In this document: piece after piece, positions 62,888-64,000 of the stretch
How positions within the stretch are numbered: position 1 is the first letter of the stretch
How the letters are laid out: each line of letters opens with the position of its first letter
Source: Malacoraja senta
Taxonomy: Eukaryota
Direction of reading: 5' to 3'
Length of the DNA: 64,000 nt
Assembly (NCBI GenBank): GCA_038087875.1
Contig: CM075995.1
Location: forward strand, 7,504,001 to 7,568,000
The notes under the pieces: generated by a model
What the model was told of the DNA's origin: nothing
What the model saw: the letters and a program-made list of their open reading frames with translations, nothing else
Databases searched by the model: none
Program-made: the position numbers and the translations under genes

Positions 62888-63890
62888 TGACGTCAGACGC
62901 AGGGTGCGTGGGCACCGGTGGGTAACGACGTCAGACGCAGGCTGCGTGGCAGCGATGGTGACGACGACAGACGCAGGGTGCGTGGGCACCGGTGGGTGAC
63001 GACGTCATACGCAGGCTGCGGGGCAGCGGTGGGTAACGACGTCATACGCAGGGTGCGTGGGCCGCGGTGGGTGACGACGTCATACGCAGGGTTGGTGTGG
63101 GGGGGGGGGAAGAACAGTAACGTCGACGTCATACGCAGGCTGCGGGGCAGCGGTGGGTGACAACGTCATACGCAGGGTTGGTGTGGGGGGTGGGAAGAAC
63201 AGTAACGTCGACGTCATACGCAGGCTGCGGGGCAGCGGTGGGTTGACAACGTCATACGCAGGGTTGGTGTGGGGGGGGGGAAGAACAGTAACGTCGACGT
63301 CATACGCAGGCTGCGGGGCAGCGGTGGGCAACGACGTCATACGCAGGCTGCGGGGCAGCGGTGGGCAACGACGTCATACGCAGGCTGCGGGGCAGCGGTG
63401 GGCAACGACGTCATACGCAGGCTGCGGGGCAGCGGTGGGCAACGACGTCATACGCAGGCTGCCGGGGCAGCGGTGGGTGACGACGTCAGACGCAGGCTGC
63501 GGGGCAGCGGTGGGTGACGACGACAGACGCAGGCTGCGGGGCAGCGGTGGGTAACGACGTCAGACGCAGGCTGCGGGGCAGCGGTGGGTGACGACGTCAG
63601 ACGTGGGCTGCGGTGGTGACGACGTCAGACGCAGGCTGCGGGGCAGCAGTGGGTGACGACGTCATACGCAGGCTGCGGGGCAGCGATGGCGACAACGTCA
63701 TACGCAGGGTTGGTGTGGGGGGGGAAGAACAGTAACGTCGACGTCAGAGGCAGGCTGCGGGGCAGCGGTGGGTGCCGACGTCATACGCAGGCTGCGTGGG
63801 CAGCGGTGGTGGCGACGTCAGACGCAGGGTGTGTGTGTGTGTGTGTAGGGGGGAAGGCACAGCAGCGTCGACGTCAGACGCAGGGTGCGA
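62888..63890. repeat. CpG-rich minisatellite with ~37-bp core unit GACGTCATACGCAGGCTGCGGGGCAGCGGTGGGCAAC and interspersed variant units
   Basis: More than 20 units seen directly. A second unit type is GACGTCATACGCAGGGTTGGTGT(G)nAAGAACAGTAACGTC. Confidence 0.95.
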
Positions 63891-63903
63891 GGCCGCGGTA
63901 GTG

Positions 63904-64000
63904 ATGACGACGGCGGGCGTCCGGCGATGGAGGCAGCTGTTGCCTCCCGGGGCTCGAAGACCAGTTTCAGCCGCTGGGATCTACAGTTCGACGGCTCAGC
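63904..64000 (+). CDS. Possible first coding exon running off the window (MTTAGVRRWRQLLPPGARRPVSAAGIYSSTAQ...; alternative ATG at 63927, MEAAVASRGSK...)
   Basis: Unique sequence right after the CpG island. Both frames stay open to the edge. The first peptide is Arg-rich and lacks acidic residues. Confidence 0.35.
   Translation, partial: MTTAGVRRWRQLLPPGARRPVSAAGIYSSTAQ

Overview
Repeat-saturated vertebrate genomic DNA, most likely from a cartilaginous fish (skate or ray). This is inferred from abundant HE1-like tRNA/V-SINEs and CR1/HER1-like LINEs. Most ORF-track entries are transposon fragments or microsatellite artefacts. Main contents: (1) a young full-length L1 (889-7231) with both ORFs open, a 50-A tail, a 12-bp TSD and a structured ~800-bp inter-ORF spacer; (2) a single-exon RGS9BP/R9AP-like gene (40386-41156) with at least four frameshifts, which could be assembly errors or pseudogenisation; (3) two phase-compatible minus-strand candidate exons of an unidentified gene; (4) many Penelope-derived fragments with minimal hammerhead-ribozyme cores, several forming TSD-flanked foldback insertions; (5) a ~630-bp inverted duplication; (6) a solo LTR nested in a CR1; (7) Rex1/Babar, L2, RTE-derived, AFC-like SINE, Harbinger, hAT and Helitron-like elements; (8) a CpG-rich promoter-like region with a 37-bp CRE-like minisatellite just before a possible first coding exon at the right edge. 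A 200-N gap lies at 35261-35460. I found no convincing wholly new biological system. The best leads are the ribozyme-bearing foldback elements, the L1 spacer structures, the RGS9BP-like lesions and the unidentified exons. Family names come from motif recognition, not database searches.
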